From: Candidatus Latescibacterota bacterium
Lineage (GTDB): Bacteria; Latescibacterota; UBA2968; GCA-2709665
Assembly: GCA_963667175.2 (NCBI GenBank)
Contig: CAXXXF010000015.1
Coordinates: forward strand, 448,001 to 512,000
Direction: 5' to 3'
DNA length: 64,000 nt
The position numbers and the translations under genes were made by a program. Numbering within the stretch: position 1 is the first letter of the stretch; every line of letters begins with the position of its first letter. This document shows positions 7,663-18,052 of the stretch, in pieces. Under the pieces are notes generated by a model. That model saw only the letters and a list, made by a program, of their open reading frames with translations, had not been told where the DNA came from and searched no databases.

Positions 7663-9942
7663 TCAATTACGTCGAAGAGTTTCCCAGAATTCGACCAGAT
7701 TCCTGGGCAACGGCGCCTCCGGATTCTCGGACTTCAGGATTTGTTCGACGGGATAAGCCAACTCATAACGGTTCTGCTGCCCTCCGCCTCGGTATTGGGT
7801 TCTCCTTACCAAACCATGTTTGATCAGGACCGGCAATACGGCACTTCGAAACAACGGGGCTCTCTTACCTAGCTTTGTATTTATCACTCGATCCGTTGTC
7901 CCCGTCGTTCGGCTGAAGATTCTTAAGAACGCATCAAGGCTATTCCTTACATCGGCTTTAATCTGGCGAACTTTATCGTGTTGGAACGTCTGCTCGTGCA
8001 AAAAGCCTGCGCCAAGGGACTCAAGTATAGCCTGACATCGATCGAGGACATAGGTGCGAAACTCCTTTGAACCATGCTCATCCTTCAACATCCCCAGCAC
8101 CAGGGAACTCTCGTCGAATCGGGAACCATTCAGGCTCGTTTTCAGGTCATACGTCAGACCGTCAATCTGGCAGTTGGTAAAATGGCAGTGCTCCCAGACA
8201 CATCCATTCAAGACAATATCGATAAAGTTGCAACGCTTAAACGTAACATGAGAAAGATGCGATTCCTTCCATTCATCGCCCTCAAAGTACATTGCCTCCA
8301 GAGTAACCTCCGGCAATTGCGCACAGGCCGAAGCGACGTTCGCCGCAATGAGTCCTGCGTTCTGCTTGATATAAGTAGATCGAACCTCCCTGGCAGCGAG
8401 TGAGCTTACGAATCTGATAACCTCGCTCGACTCGTCTGCAGATCGGTTACCTATCACGCTGACCCACTTGCCTGTTATCTTGGGAAGTGAATGTCTTTCC
8501 AGGAATCCACGCAACTGGTTGTCTTGAGACCGATCTTCCATCAAAGCGTCAAGCCGTTCCGCCAGGAAATAGTTCAGGAAACCTTCGTGGTCGAAGGAAA
8601 GGTGACCGGGAGTCGTGCTAACCGGAAGCAGCGCATGAGCCTTGACGCGTTCGATCACCTGGACTCTGGCCGATTGGGTCAATTCCCAATCCTCCATTAA
8701 GGTTTCCGCGACAAGCTGAACGACGTCAAGGGGCAGGCTATCGGTTGATTGGTACCACATTTCCTCCGCTATCATACTCAATAGCGCAATGTGCTGATCC
8801 ATGGAGAGATACGGTTGTCCGTTCTGATCCCGCCATTTTTCGGCCACCTCTCTCTTCACGAACGACTTTATGACTCTCGGGACTACAGAAAATCCGGATG
8901 GGCCGATTTCCTCTTTGATTTCCTCCGGCGTCATCAGCTTTTCGGCGAGGATCATCGCCAAACGCAAAACAAGAAATGGGCTGTGGAGAACCACGTGCTC
9001 GGGGCCCAGCTCAGAGGCAAGGTCGTCGTAGACTTGAACCGGGTTTTCAATCTTTCCGCCCGATGGATGCCTGAAGTTTCTAAAAAACTGCTCGGATTCC
9101 TTGCGTTGCCACCGTTCCAGCTTCATCTGCTCGACTGAAACTTGCGTGTCTGGCAGAGACGACAGCAGGTGACTCTGGGCCGTGTAGTTTTCCGCCTCAA
9201 AGTAGGCGCTGCGTGCGGCCGCGATTACCGTGCCTCGTCCGTCCAGCTGCTTGAGAAACGCCCCCAATCCGCTGTAAGCCTCCCCCGACCCAATTTCGGC
9301 CAGCAACTCGTCGAATCCGTCAACGGCAATTTTCACGAGTCCGTGCCTCACCAGCCGGATGATCCCGGAATAAAACAGTCCGGATATTCGAAGCTGGCCC
9401 AAGTCTTTTGCGACCGCTTCTTCGAGGCGAACGAAACTGCGACCTTGCGTGTCGACGTGCAAGAGCAGCCAGGCGCTTTCTCCGGACGTATAACGATCGG
9501 CCATGCGACGGGTCAGACGGCGCAGCAACGCCGTCTTTCCTTCTCCTGCGTCGGCGGTTAGAAAAATGAGCCTGGTCTCGCCAAAGGCGGTCTCACCACA
9601 TCGTTCGCTCAGGAGTTCGAGTGCGGAAGTCGGTTCGTCTTTTGATCCACTGTCATCCACCAGAGTGGCTTGAGTGTCCACGTATGGCGATACGTCGGGA
9701 CGTTTCTGCTTTATGGCTTCCGCCAAAACAGATAATCTACCGAGTTCCTCGCCTATGAATCGAGAATACGGAATCGTACGGCCGTTCAGTTGCACATTGA
9801 CGTCTCCCCCAGGTGACTGAAGAAGCCTGCATTCGACGGTTTGACGATCACGTTCATACACGACCATCCCATTATCAAAAACGACGTCCTCCTCGCGGTC
9901 GGCAAACGCGGCAATGTCAGCACGGATTTCATCGACGTCCAT
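7663..9942 (-). CDS. NACHT/STAND-like P-loop NTPase with a C-terminal pentapeptide-repeat region, 759 aa
   Basis: Walker A FLTADAGEGKT, Walker B AVDGFDE, F.HE.FL.YF.A motif, pentapeptide-like F..C.F repeats. Confidence 0.8.
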   Translation of the reverse strand: MDVDEIRADIAAFADREEDVVFDNGMVVYERDRQTVECRLLQSPGGDVNVQLNGRTIPYSRFIGEELGRLSVLAEAIKQKRPDVSPYVDTQATLVDDSGSKDEPTSALELLSERCGETAFGETRLIFLTADAGEGKTALLRRLTRRMADRYTSGESAWLLLHVDTQGRSFVRLEEAVAKDLGQLRISGLFYSGIIRLVRHGLVKIAVDGFDELLAEIGSGEAYSGLGAFLKQLDGRGTVIAAARSAYFEAENYTAQSHLLSSLPDTQVSVEQMKLERWQRKESEQFFRNFRHPSGGKIENPVQVYDDLASELGPEHVVLHSPFLVLRLAMILAEKLMTPEEIKEEIGPSGFSVVPRVIKSFVKREVAEKWRDQNGQPYLSMDQHIALLSMIAEEMWYQSTDSLPLDVVQLVAETLMEDWELTQSARVQVIERVKAHALLPVSTTPGHLSFDHEGFLNYFLAERLDALMEDRSQDNQLRGFLERHSLPKITGKWVSVIGNRSADESSEVIRFVSSLAAREVRSTYIKQNAGLIAANVASACAQLPEVTLEAMYFEGDEWKESHLSHVTFKRCNFIDIVLNGCVWEHCHFTNCQIDGLTYDLKTSLNGSRFDESSLVLGMLKDEHGSKEFRTYVLDRCQAILESLGAGFLHEQTFQHDKVRQIKADVRNSLDAFLRIFSRTTGTTDRVINTKLGKRAPLFRSAVLPVLIKHGLVRRTQYRGGGQQNRYELAYPVEQILKSENPEAPLPRNLVEFWETLRRN

Positions 9943-9961
9943 CTGATCGTCTCCCTGGTTG

Positions 9962-10693
9962 CTACTGAATCGTAATCCTCCGAATGCCTGATTGGACCAT
10001 CATTTCATCATAAAGCCGACGTCGGCTGGGAGTTGTGCGTATGTGACACACGTTTCCGCCCAGATGCGTGGCCAATACCATCGCAGGAACAAGGTCATCG
10101 TCTTCCGACACGACGAGCGCCGGCGTCGTGGATGATTCCAAAGCGGCGCTGATCAGGTCACAGCACATCAGCGTGTCGACAAGCTTCTGTTCCCGGTACC
10201 GAAAGGCGTCTCGGGAGGACACGTTACACCGAGGTTCCGGACACCGGCCCTTTATCCAGCGGGTGACGAGAGGGATACTGCAACGATCGGGGTGCGCGCA
10301 CGGAATTGACTCTTGCGATTTGAGAGTGTGCTTGAAACCGCGCCGGTCCCTTAACGTCGCTGGAAAAATGCTATCACGTACCTTATACAGAGATGATGCC
10401 ATTTCGCAGTGAATCCTTTGCAGACCCGACGGCTGCCGAATCAGGAATGGGAAGCTGTTTCCTATATCACGAGCAAGTCGCTCACCGTCTCTTGAAAGGC
10501 CCTTGTCATCGTACCAGCCACCGTACAGGCGCAATGTCACGTCGCTTCCTTCATCCCCTACTTCCGTGAACACTGATGTTCGAAGCCTGTCCCAGAGGGG
10601 CACGATTCCGTGTCGAGTTAACCTGATAGGCAAATTGTAGTAGTCGATTAGTACGAGCGCAGACATCATTTCGCCATAATGAAATCTGGCCAT
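9962..10693 (-). CDS. NYN (LabA/DUF88, PIN-like) domain nuclease with a Cys-rich insert
   Basis: LIDYYN, EQKLVDT, VVSEDDDLVPA acidic motifs; CAHPDRC..CPEPRC. Confidence 0.7.
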   Translation of the reverse strand: MARFHYGEMMSALVLIDYYNLPIRLTRHGIVPLWDRLRTSVFTEVGDEGSDVTLRLYGGWYDDKGLSRDGERLARDIGNSFPFLIRQPSGLQRIHCEMASSLYKVRDSIFPATLRDRRGFKHTLKSQESIPCAHPDRCSIPLVTRWIKGRCPEPRCNVSSRDAFRYREQKLVDTLMCCDLISAALESSTTPALVVSEDDDLVPAMVLATHLGGNVCHIRTTPSRRRLYDEMMVQSGIRRITIQ

Positions 10694-10933
10694 TCTCCTG
10701 GAAGTTGTGACAATCGTACGGACGGCTCTTCAACCAGGTCCAGGTTACATCTCCCGCGGTACTGCCTGGAACCCACTTTGCGACCAATTCCTAACGATAG
10801 CCATCTGGCGCTCGTTTGTCAATCTTCAGCGCGCTTTTGGACCCGACGGCAACTGCCCGCCGAGTCCGGCTTCCACTATCGTATTAACTCCGAAACATGA
10901 AACTGCGTTGCGATGGGGCGCGCCATCCTGACT

Positions 10934-13900
10934 TCAAAGGTTCCAAATATCCGGGATCCGCCACGTATCCCCCGGCGCGACGTCGTAGATGTAGAACGGT
11001 TTTCCTGAAAAGGCCTCCGCCTTTCCGGCGTCGGCGAGGGTGAGTTTTCCCTTCTCCGCGGTTTTCAATCGAGTCCCGGTCTGTCCACGCGTATGCGAGA
11101 TCGTCTTCCCGTCGAACAGGTCGCGCACAACCTCGAGCTTCAACATGGGGGTATCCGTCAACAACGTTGCGCCCTCTGCAGCGGTGATCCGTCCCTCGCT
11201 CAACAGAAAGTCCATCCTGTCCACGGAGATGCGGTACCGTCCCTCGCCAGCGTGCGCTATGTCCGTGACCTCGTATGACGAATTGCAGACGTAGTGGGGA
11301 TGCGCGAGCAGGATTGTCTGACCTGTCAATGAACCGTCCACCGGAAGGGGGACGCGGGACGAGACGACGATTCGTCGGTCCTCGATTTCCACGGCATCCA
11401 CCTCCCCCGACCATTCTCCGGCGCCCTCCATCCCGACGTCTCCGAACCGGAACGCCTTTCCGTTCACCACCTGTGCCCGCCGGACCGTGTTGCCTTCGCG
11501 CTCCACAAACGCCCAGTCTCCCTCCAATCGAAACGGCAGGCCGTCCGCTTCGCCTTCCACCATGCCGTCAACACCGTACACGATATAATGGACCCGTTTG
11601 CCGATCTCGATTCTCAAACCCGTGCCCCGAGCGCCTTCGCAAAACGGCTCGACCGCGTCAATGTACGGCATTCCGGAAAACGGCTCGAGTACCCCCATGA
11701 ACCGGTTCTCCTTCCCCTCCCCGCCGGGCCGCCTTACGATCACGTGCCGGTCCCACGGACTGTGGCCCTGCAGTCCCGTCCCTTCTGCGAGCCCGGTAAT
11801 GACCGTCGAGCCCGCCTCGCCCGTCATGTGGAGGTTGATACCGACGCCCGTTTCTTCCGTTCGCCAGGTCGCCCTGAACCCGCCATCCGTCCGGGACCTC
11901 GCCACGTCCTTCACGAACCCGTACCCGGGCGCCTCGCCGAACGGGACGTCCGCCCCTGCCAGCGTCCCGTCCGCCTGCGCGATCGGAGCCGCGCCGTCCT
12001 CCAGGGCGATCTCGAACCGTTCCGCGTTGTCTCCCGCCCAGCTGTGGAAGGTGTAATCGTGCTCCGCGCCACCCGCAATCCGGAACAGATCGACCATATA
12101 TGCCCGCTCTTCGTCCACCGGAATGAGCGCCACCGCCCTGCGGTACAGGTTCGCGAGACCGGGATAGGCCCGCTCGGCCGAGGCATCCGCCACGCGCACC
12201 CACGGTCCGTCCGCGAACAGATTCAGGCTGCCCGTTGCGAACACCTGGTTCCGGCCGTCGATCAGCGCGGTGCAGTGGCTGGCCGTATGGGTTTCCCATC
12301 CGTCCTTCTTCGGCGCCACCCAGCTTGGCGGATATCCCAGATCGGCGGACAGATCGTACCCGTACGCGATCAGATTCACCGCCAGTTTGTCCATATGCCC
12401 GTGACCCCGGTTTCCCTTCCCGTAGTTCAGGACCACGTGCCGGCGTCTGGCTTGTTCATCGCCCGCGCGCAAGATGCAGAATCCCGAGTCGTGCAGCACG
12501 TCGCTCCCGGGCGATAGATCCTCCGGCGCCCGGGCTTCGCTCCACGGTTCGCAATGGAACACCGTGTAGAGGTCGCCGCCCCTGCGCGCTACGTCCGGAT
12601 CTCCGCCGGCGCCCGCGAGAATACGTCGGGCATAATGGTCGCGCGCCTCGGGCAGACGCAGGTAGCCGATCTCGTCTTCCAGGGAATAGGGCGTCCGCAA
12701 CGTGCGGTTCCTGCCCCCGCCCGTATCCCCGATCATGGGCACGCGCCCGTCGCAGTCCACCGCGCGGGCGAAGTCCATCATCTCGCGCAGCCGGAACCCG
12801 GGATCGCGATACAGGTCTACCGGCGACGCAGAGTGCTCTCCGTCCTGAAATCCGAGGGTCCATTCGGCGGCATTCAGCGCCCCCCGTATGTTGCCCGCGC
12901 CGTAGCCGATCGAGTCGTACCAGAATTTCCCGTCCCGGAAAAAACTGTTGGACATCACGTTGTAGAGGCCCGTCGGCGCTTCCAGGGCCTGTCTGATCAT
13001 CGAGCCGTTCTGCAGGCAGGCCCCAACCTCGAGCAACGCGTAGAGCGACGACGTCAGGAAATCGCCGCCGGCGAGGGGCAGCGAGCGGTCCAGGAATTCA
13101 TAGGCGTACGCGAACAGGTTTCGATGGATATTGAATAAGATATCCCCCGTTGTCGCCGGTCCGTCCGCGTCGCCTCTCGACTGGAAGAACCTGACGAGGT
13201 CCTCGTCCTCGCGAATCGCGTCGAAGACCAGATCGTACGTCACCGCCACGTTATGCAGGAAAGACTGCTCGCGCCCCGACGCCTCGCCCACGTACCCGCG
13301 GATCGGGTCCTTGCTCCGGTCGTAGGCCTCGTATCCCTCCTTGATGCCCCGCAACCTCCCGTACACGTCGGCCAGACGGTTCAACAGAACTCCGGCCTTG
13401 TGCGAATACTTCCGTTCGCCCGTAAATGCGTATGCCAGGGCCAGCGCCTGCGAGGCCGGCCGCCCCTGGTGCCCGTCCCCGGTCTGCGGGGCATAGGGAC
13501 TGGAAAACAGGCGGTAGAGCAGATAGCACCGGTACGCCCCGGTGAAATAGTACGTGACGCCGGCGTTCGGGAACCCTTCGGGGGCCACCCACCCTGCCCC
13601 GTCGTCCACCATCCGGACCGTCTCGCCCGTGCCCGGATTGACAACCTCGATGCCCTGGTACCACCACTCGCCGCCCAGGTTGCACCGCCACTGGTATGGA
13701 TGCAGAAGATCGCCCTCGAACGTGGACCGGTTGCCGCCGTGAATCGGACACCCGTCGTACTGGGCCACGGTCAGCGCCATCGGATTCTGCGTGGGCACCA
13801 TCGCATAGAGCGTCTCGTCGGAAAATCCCGCCCAGAAGTCGGCGTCCTGTACGATTTCGTCCACCATATCCCGCGCCCACTCGAGCCGGTCCGCGTTGCC

Positions 13901-14128
13901 CCTCGCGCGCTCCAGGTCTTCCCGGTTGTAAATCCCCACCAGACCCCGCCGCTTTCCGGCGCCGATCACCTCCTCGTAGAACGCCGCCGCGCGCGTGTAT
14001 CGGTCCGGTTCGTGATCCGGCGCCGGATCCCGCAGGTGCAGACTTTCGTAAAGTGCTCGCAACTCGGCTTCGTCCTTGACGATCTCGCCCTTCACAGGCA
14101 TTCTGATCATGTCGTCACCCTCCGTCAA
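10934..14128 (-). CDS. Heparinase II/III family protein (polysaccharide lyase-like), ~1060 aa
   Basis: DSGFCILR, GHGHMDKL, DLGYP, HTASHCT.LIDG motifs; N-terminal CPIHG..C Cys motif. Confidence 0.8.
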   Translation of the reverse strand: MTEGDDMIRMPVKGEIVKDEAELRALYESLHLRDPAPDHEPDRYTRAAAFYEEVIGAGKRRGLVGIYNREDLERARGNADRLEWARDMVDEIVQDADFWAGFSDETLYAMVPTQNPMALTVAQYDGCPIHGGNRSTFEGDLLHPYQWRCNLGGEWWYQGIEVVNPGTGETVRMVDDGAGWVAPEGFPNAGVTYYFTGAYRCYLLYRLFSSPYAPQTGDGHQGRPASQALALAYAFTGERKYSHKAGVLLNRLADVYGRLRGIKEGYEAYDRSKDPIRGYVGEASGREQSFLHNVAVTYDLVFDAIREDEDLVRFFQSRGDADGPATTGDILFNIHRNLFAYAYEFLDRSLPLAGGDFLTSSLYALLEVGACLQNGSMIRQALEAPTGLYNVMSNSFFRDGKFWYDSIGYGAGNIRGALNAAEWTLGFQDGEHSASPVDLYRDPGFRLREMMDFARAVDCDGRVPMIGDTGGGRNRTLRTPYSLEDEIGYLRLPEARDHYARRILAGAGGDPDVARRGGDLYTVFHCEPWSEARAPEDLSPGSDVLHDSGFCILRAGDEQARRRHVVLNYGKGNRGHGHMDKLAVNLIAYGYDLSADLGYPPSWVAPKKDGWETHTASHCTALIDGRNQVFATGSLNLFADGPWVRVADASAERAYPGLANLYRRAVALIPVDEERAYMVDLFRIAGGAEHDYTFHSWAGDNAERFEIALEDGAAPIAQADGTLAGADVPFGEAPGYGFVKDVARSRTDGGFRATWRTEETGVGINLHMTGEAGSTVITGLAEGTGLQGHSPWDRHVIVRRPGGEGKENRFMGVLEPFSGMPYIDAVEPFCEGARGTGLRIEIGKRVHYIVYGVDGMVEGEADGLPFRLEGDWAFVEREGNTVRRAQVVNGKAFRFGDVGMEGAGEWSGEVDAVEIEDRRIVVSSRVPLPVDGSLTGQTILLAHPHYVCNSSYEVTDIAHAGEGRYRISVDRMDFLLSEGRITAAEGATLLTDTPMLKLEVVRDLFDGKTISHTRGQTGTRLKTAEKGKLTLADAGKAEAFSGKPFYIYDVAPGDTWRIPDIWNL

Positions 14129-14276
14129 CGGGTCCGTTAAGGCATCGATCCGGAACGTGTCCAGGCCTCCGGACTCTTATTTCAAGTCGAAACTACCTCG
14201 CTGACACAAAAAACGTCAGAACTGCGTTCCGGGCGATACAATGCTTCATCTCCCCTACCAACTTCTTTTCTTCTTT

Positions 14277-14460
14277 GCCCTTTTTCTTGCTGCGCCCAAG
14301 AAAAAGGGCGAAAAAGAAGGGCGCCGTTCGGCACGGGGCCGGTTTTTCCGTGAACCAACTCAGTGGCGTAAAGGGAATTTGGTTGCCCTTTCACCGGACG
14401 AGCCCGTCCCGAGCGATGTTGCGGGACGGATTAGCACGGAAAAACCCCCCACTCCACAAC
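14277..14460. repeat. Structured intergenic repeat element, copy A (copy B at 21746-21930)
   Basis: GCCCTTTTTCTTG-N7-CAAGAAAAAGGGC hairpin followed by AAAAAGAAGGGCGCC and a long second stem. Confidence 0.75.
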
Positions 14461-14888
14461 CGTGCGGACGAAAGGTATTCCGGGCAAGTCAACCTCAATG
14501 ATGACCGGTGGATCCGCCGATTGCCTTTTGCGATTTGTCTTTGCCCCTGGCTGACGGCTTTGTGATTTTCGCTTTTTGATTCAATCTGACGGCTGAACGT
14601 TGATTGCAGTTAGTTTCTCTTTGTGTCTTTGTGTGAGTTGATTGCGGTTTTCGCTCTTGCTTCAAGCTGACTGCTGAACGCTGAGAGCTGATCGCCGTGT
14701 TTCCCTTTGTGTCTTCGTGTGAGCTGATTTTCGAATCCGTGATGACTGGTGATTGCTTGCATCTCTCCAGGGAATTCTCGTTATTCTCTACAGCCCCGGC
14801 CGGGGCCGCCTGCACGCCCATGGCTTCTACCCGGATCCGCCCGCCTTATTCACCTTTTTCATCCGGAACATGATGGAGTCTTGAAACC

Positions 14889-15965
14889 ATGCATAAACCT
14901 TTGAAACTCGCGGTCGTGGGCGTGGGCCGGATCGGCGTATTCCACGCCAGGCACGTGCAGGAACTGGGCGAAGCCGACGGGACCTGCGAACTGTCCGCCG
15001 TGGTGGACCGCTACGGCAGCACCGCGGAGACGGTTGCCCGGGAACTCCAGGAAAGCCAGGCAGCTGAAATCCACGCCTTCAGGAACACGTCCGACCTGGC
15101 AGACGCGGGTCTGATCGACGCGGCCGTGGTGGCTTCCAGGACCGAGGACCACGAAGCGGACGCGCGGACGCTGATCGACGCCGGCTGTCGCGTGATGCTG
15201 GAGAAACCGCTCGCCCACTCTGTCGAGTCCGCTTCCGACTTCGTCAGGTATCTGTCGCACGATAATACGAAAAAGCAAGCGCTCATGCAGGCCTTTATGA
15301 GGCGCTTCGACGAACCGCTATGCCATGCGAAAGACCTTCTGGACGGGAATACGATCGGCGCGCCGTTCAAGATCGTATCCGTCCTCGAAGACCCGCACCC
15401 TCCGCCGGTGGGCTACAACAGCCCCGGCATCCTGCCGGACATGGCCGTGCACAACGTCGACGAAGCGATCTGGCTTCTGGGCGCGAATCCGGTGCGCGCC
15501 AGCGCCATGGGCGCCAACCTGCATAACTACAGAATCACGACCGTGAAGGAAGACTTCGACGACGCTTTTCTCCAGCTGGCCTTTCCTGACGACGTGATCG
15601 CGCAGATCCAGGTAAGCAGAAACCACGTGGCGGGGTATCGCAACGAAACGTGGATCTACGGGCGGAGCGGCCTGATCCACGTGGGCCATTTCCAGGAAGA
15701 TCCAATACGGGTATCGGTGGAAGCGTACAACCGGGAGGGCGCCATCGAAAAGAAGGGCTTCCGGATGAGAGATTACGGCGGGGAAGTCCCCGTATTCATC
15801 GAACGCTTCGGACCGGCCTACAAGCGGGAACTCGCGTATTTCGTCGACCGGTGCCTGAGAGACGAGCCCTTCAGCGTGACCCAGGAGGCCGGCCTCCAGG
15901 CGATGCGTGTGGCCGACGCGGGAGTCCGGTCGCTGCGGGCCCCCACGACGGCGGTAACCATTTAA
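14889..15965 (+). CDS. Gfo/Idh/MocA family oxidoreductase (inositol 2-dehydrogenase-like)
   Basis: GVGRIG Rossmann motif, EKPL, FMRRFD, DMAVHNVD. Confidence 0.9.
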   Translation: MHKPLKLAVVGVGRIGVFHARHVQELGEADGTCELSAVVDRYGSTAETVARELQESQAAEIHAFRNTSDLADAGLIDAAVVASRTEDHEADARTLIDAGCRVMLEKPLAHSVESASDFVRYLSHDNTKKQALMQAFMRRFDEPLCHAKDLLDGNTIGAPFKIVSVLEDPHPPPVGYNSPGILPDMAVHNVDEAIWLLGANPVRASAMGANLHNYRITTVKEDFDDAFLQLAFPDDVIAQIQVSRNHVAGYRNETWIYGRSGLIHVGHFQEDPIRVSVEAYNREGAIEKKGFRMRDYGGEVPVFIERFGPAYKRELAYFVDRCLRDEPFSVTQEAGLQAMRVADAGVRSLRAPTTAVTI

Positions 15966-15989
15966 GCGAAACGCGAATCCGGCCATCCC

Positions 15990-17048
15990 TCACAACAGGG
16001 GGAAATCGACCCGGCAATTCCCGCCGTGATGCGACTTCAGGATCCCCATCATGATCTCAACCGTCTTGCGCGCCTCCCGCGCAGGCGAGACCAGATCGCC
16101 GCCTCCCTCCAGTACCCGGATCAGTTCCGCCACCGCGGCGGTCTGGTTTTCCATCGCGTATTTCCCGGACAGGATGGGCGACGCGGACGACTCGAAGTGC
16201 GACCTGCCCCGGATCAGGGTTGCGCCCTGGTCTGAAATCTCGATGCGTCCGTCCTCGCACGTCAGCGCGAATTTCGAACCGGGGAAATCCACCTTGTACG
16301 CGTTATAGAACGCCCTCACGCCGTTGTCGAACCGGATGTACGCCGACGCGTACGGATCGACCGCGGGATCTTTACCGCCGTCCCCCTTGTATTCGGTGAA
16401 ATGTTCGAACCCCTCTTCGAGTTCAGCCGCCAGCCACAGAGGATTGGCCTCGGCAAAGAAGCAGATCATGTCCAGCAGGTGGGTGCCGTTCCGGAACATC
16501 ATCGCCCTCCGGCTGAATTGCTCGCACACAACCGTGCGCAGCGGTCCGATCACTCCGCTGCGAATGATCTCACGCGCCCTGAGATAACTGGAGTTCCAGC
16601 GTCGGGTGTGTTCGATTGAAAGCAGTACGCCGTTGGCTTCGGCGGCGGCGATCATCCGGTCCGCGTCTTCCAGAGAGGTCGCGATCGGCTTCTCGCACAA
16701 TATGGCGCGCGCACCGCTCCGGGCGGCCGCCACGGTCATATCGGCGTGTACGTGGTCCGAGGTGGCCACGCTCACCAGGTCCGGATTCTCCGTCTCGAGC
16801 ATTTCCCGGTAGTCCGTATAGAGCCGCACGTCCGGCCACACGTCTCCCCACTGTGCCGTGAAGTCCGCCAGCGCCTCCTCCCGCAGGTCGCACACACCCA
16901 CCACTTCCGTTTGCGGATGCCGGTCGTAGGCCCCCGCGTGGGAGCCGGGCATGGCGCCGTACACCGGAAGCTGACCGTCTTCCTCGGGCCGCCTGGCGCC
17001 GATGCCGGTCAGGCCGATAATCACCGCACGGTACTCGGGTTTTGACAT
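15990..17048 (-). CDS. Gfo/Idh/MocA family oxidoreductase
   Basis: IIGLTGIG, CEKPIA, HTRRW, GTHLLD; GGAGGG-like RBS before MSKPEY. Confidence 0.9.
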   Translation of the reverse strand: MSKPEYRAVIIGLTGIGARRPEEDGQLPVYGAMPGSHAGAYDRHPQTEVVGVCDLREEALADFTAQWGDVWPDVRLYTDYREMLETENPDLVSVATSDHVHADMTVAAARSGARAILCEKPIATSLEDADRMIAAAEANGVLLSIEHTRRWNSSYLRAREIIRSGVIGPLRTVVCEQFSRRAMMFRNGTHLLDMICFFAEANPLWLAAELEEGFEHFTEYKGDGGKDPAVDPYASAYIRFDNGVRAFYNAYKVDFPGSKFALTCEDGRIEISDQGATLIRGRSHFESSASPILSGKYAMENQTAAVAELIRVLEGGGDLVSPAREARKTVEIMMGILKSHHGGNCRVDFPLL

Positions 17049-17146
17049 GGTCGTTCCCTCCCTGGCGCGGCTTCGCGATGCCGGCGACGTCTCCGCGCCA
17101 ATGTGTTTACCGCGTTGTTGTGTAATGGACGACTGAGAAGACGGGC

Positions 17147-17172
17147 GATTCTTCGCTCCGCTCAGAATGACA
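17147..17172. repeat. REP-like element half (TGTCATTCTGAGCGGAGCGAAGAATC on the minus strand)
   Basis: Recognisable common bacterial intergenic repeat motif. Confidence 0.5.
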
Positions 17173-17198
17173 TGTGTGCCGATCGTCTTCTTCAATAC

Positions 17199-17927
17199 CT
17201 ACTCCAGTTTCTCCAGCGCCTTTCTGGCCCCCTTGTGCTTTTCGTTCAATTTCAGAACCTGCCTGTACGCATCGCGGGCCAGATCCCGTTCTCCCTGGCG
17301 CGCGTATATACGGCCGAGCCTGTAGAGTCCGTTTATGCGTGCAATCTTCCATCGCGCCGGCTGTTGACGAAGATAGTTCGTCAGCGATTCCAGGCCCAGG
17401 TCCAGTTCCGTCCCGGTCAGGGCGGAGAACCTGCCGATCGCATAGAGCGCCTGGAGCCGATCTCCCGCGGCAGTGAGCGCATTCTCGAAGGTTTCTGCGC
17501 TCGGGTCTGAATCGGACGCCAGCGTTGCAAGAGAATCCATCGCCGCCTCCAGGCTGCGACGTGCGGCCTCGAACGCCTTTTCGTTTTCCTTCTCCAGTCG
17601 GTACAGGTTGCTCAATCGCCGCAGGACCGAACTATTGTCAGGAGAGGTTTGCAGAAAGGCCTCGTAGACCCGAATTGCGTCCTGGCGACGTTCATTGCGC
17701 AGGTAGAGAGACGCCAGGGAAATGACGGGGCGCACGTCGCCATTCGCCAATGCAACCGCCGCAAGATAGGCTTTCTCCCGTTTGTCCCGGGCCTTTTCTT
17801 TGGCGTGGATGAGACCCCACGCCAGATGACCTTCCATGGGATTCCGGGACGAGATCTCCTGCGCCTGTGCGCGAGCCTTTTCTCTGTCGCCTCCGAGAAT
17901 CCCCGGCGCGAAGAGGTGGTACTCCAT
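17199..17927 (-). CDS. Tetratricopeptide repeat protein, probably 5'-truncated
   Basis: TPR-like helices (YRLGRIYARQGERDLARDAYRQVLKL); in-frame stop 13 codons upstream; no RBS or signal peptide. Confidence 0.65.
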   Translation of the reverse strand: MEYHLFAPGILGGDREKARAQAQEISSRNPMEGHLAWGLIHAKEKARDKREKAYLAAVALANGDVRPVISLASLYLRNERRQDAIRVYEAFLQTSPDNSSVLRRLSNLYRLEKENEKAFEAARRSLEAAMDSLATLASDSDPSAETFENALTAAGDRLQALYAIGRFSALTGTELDLGLESLTNYLRQQPARWKIARINGLYRLGRIYARQGERDLARDAYRQVLKLNEKHKGARKALEKLE

Positions 17928-17990
17928 CAGCTTGGTCCGCGCGGCAATGTGAAATGAAGATTAACACGTGCCTTGCCAATTCACCGTCCC

Positions 17991-18050
17991 TCGTCTTCTC
18001 GTTCTTTCGTCTTCTCGTTCTTTCGTCCCCTCGTTCTTTCGTCTTCTCGC
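17991..18050. repeat. Octamer tandem repeat (TCGTCTTC/TCGTTCTT)n
   Basis: About 7 imperfect 8-bp units between the TPR and ABC genes. Confidence 0.8.
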
Positions 18051-18052
18051 CT

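Noticed and set aside
10694-10930. Third gene or remnant upstream of NYN (10551..10787 ORF)
   Set aside because: Overlaps NYN out of frame and has no recognisable motif; cannot be supported
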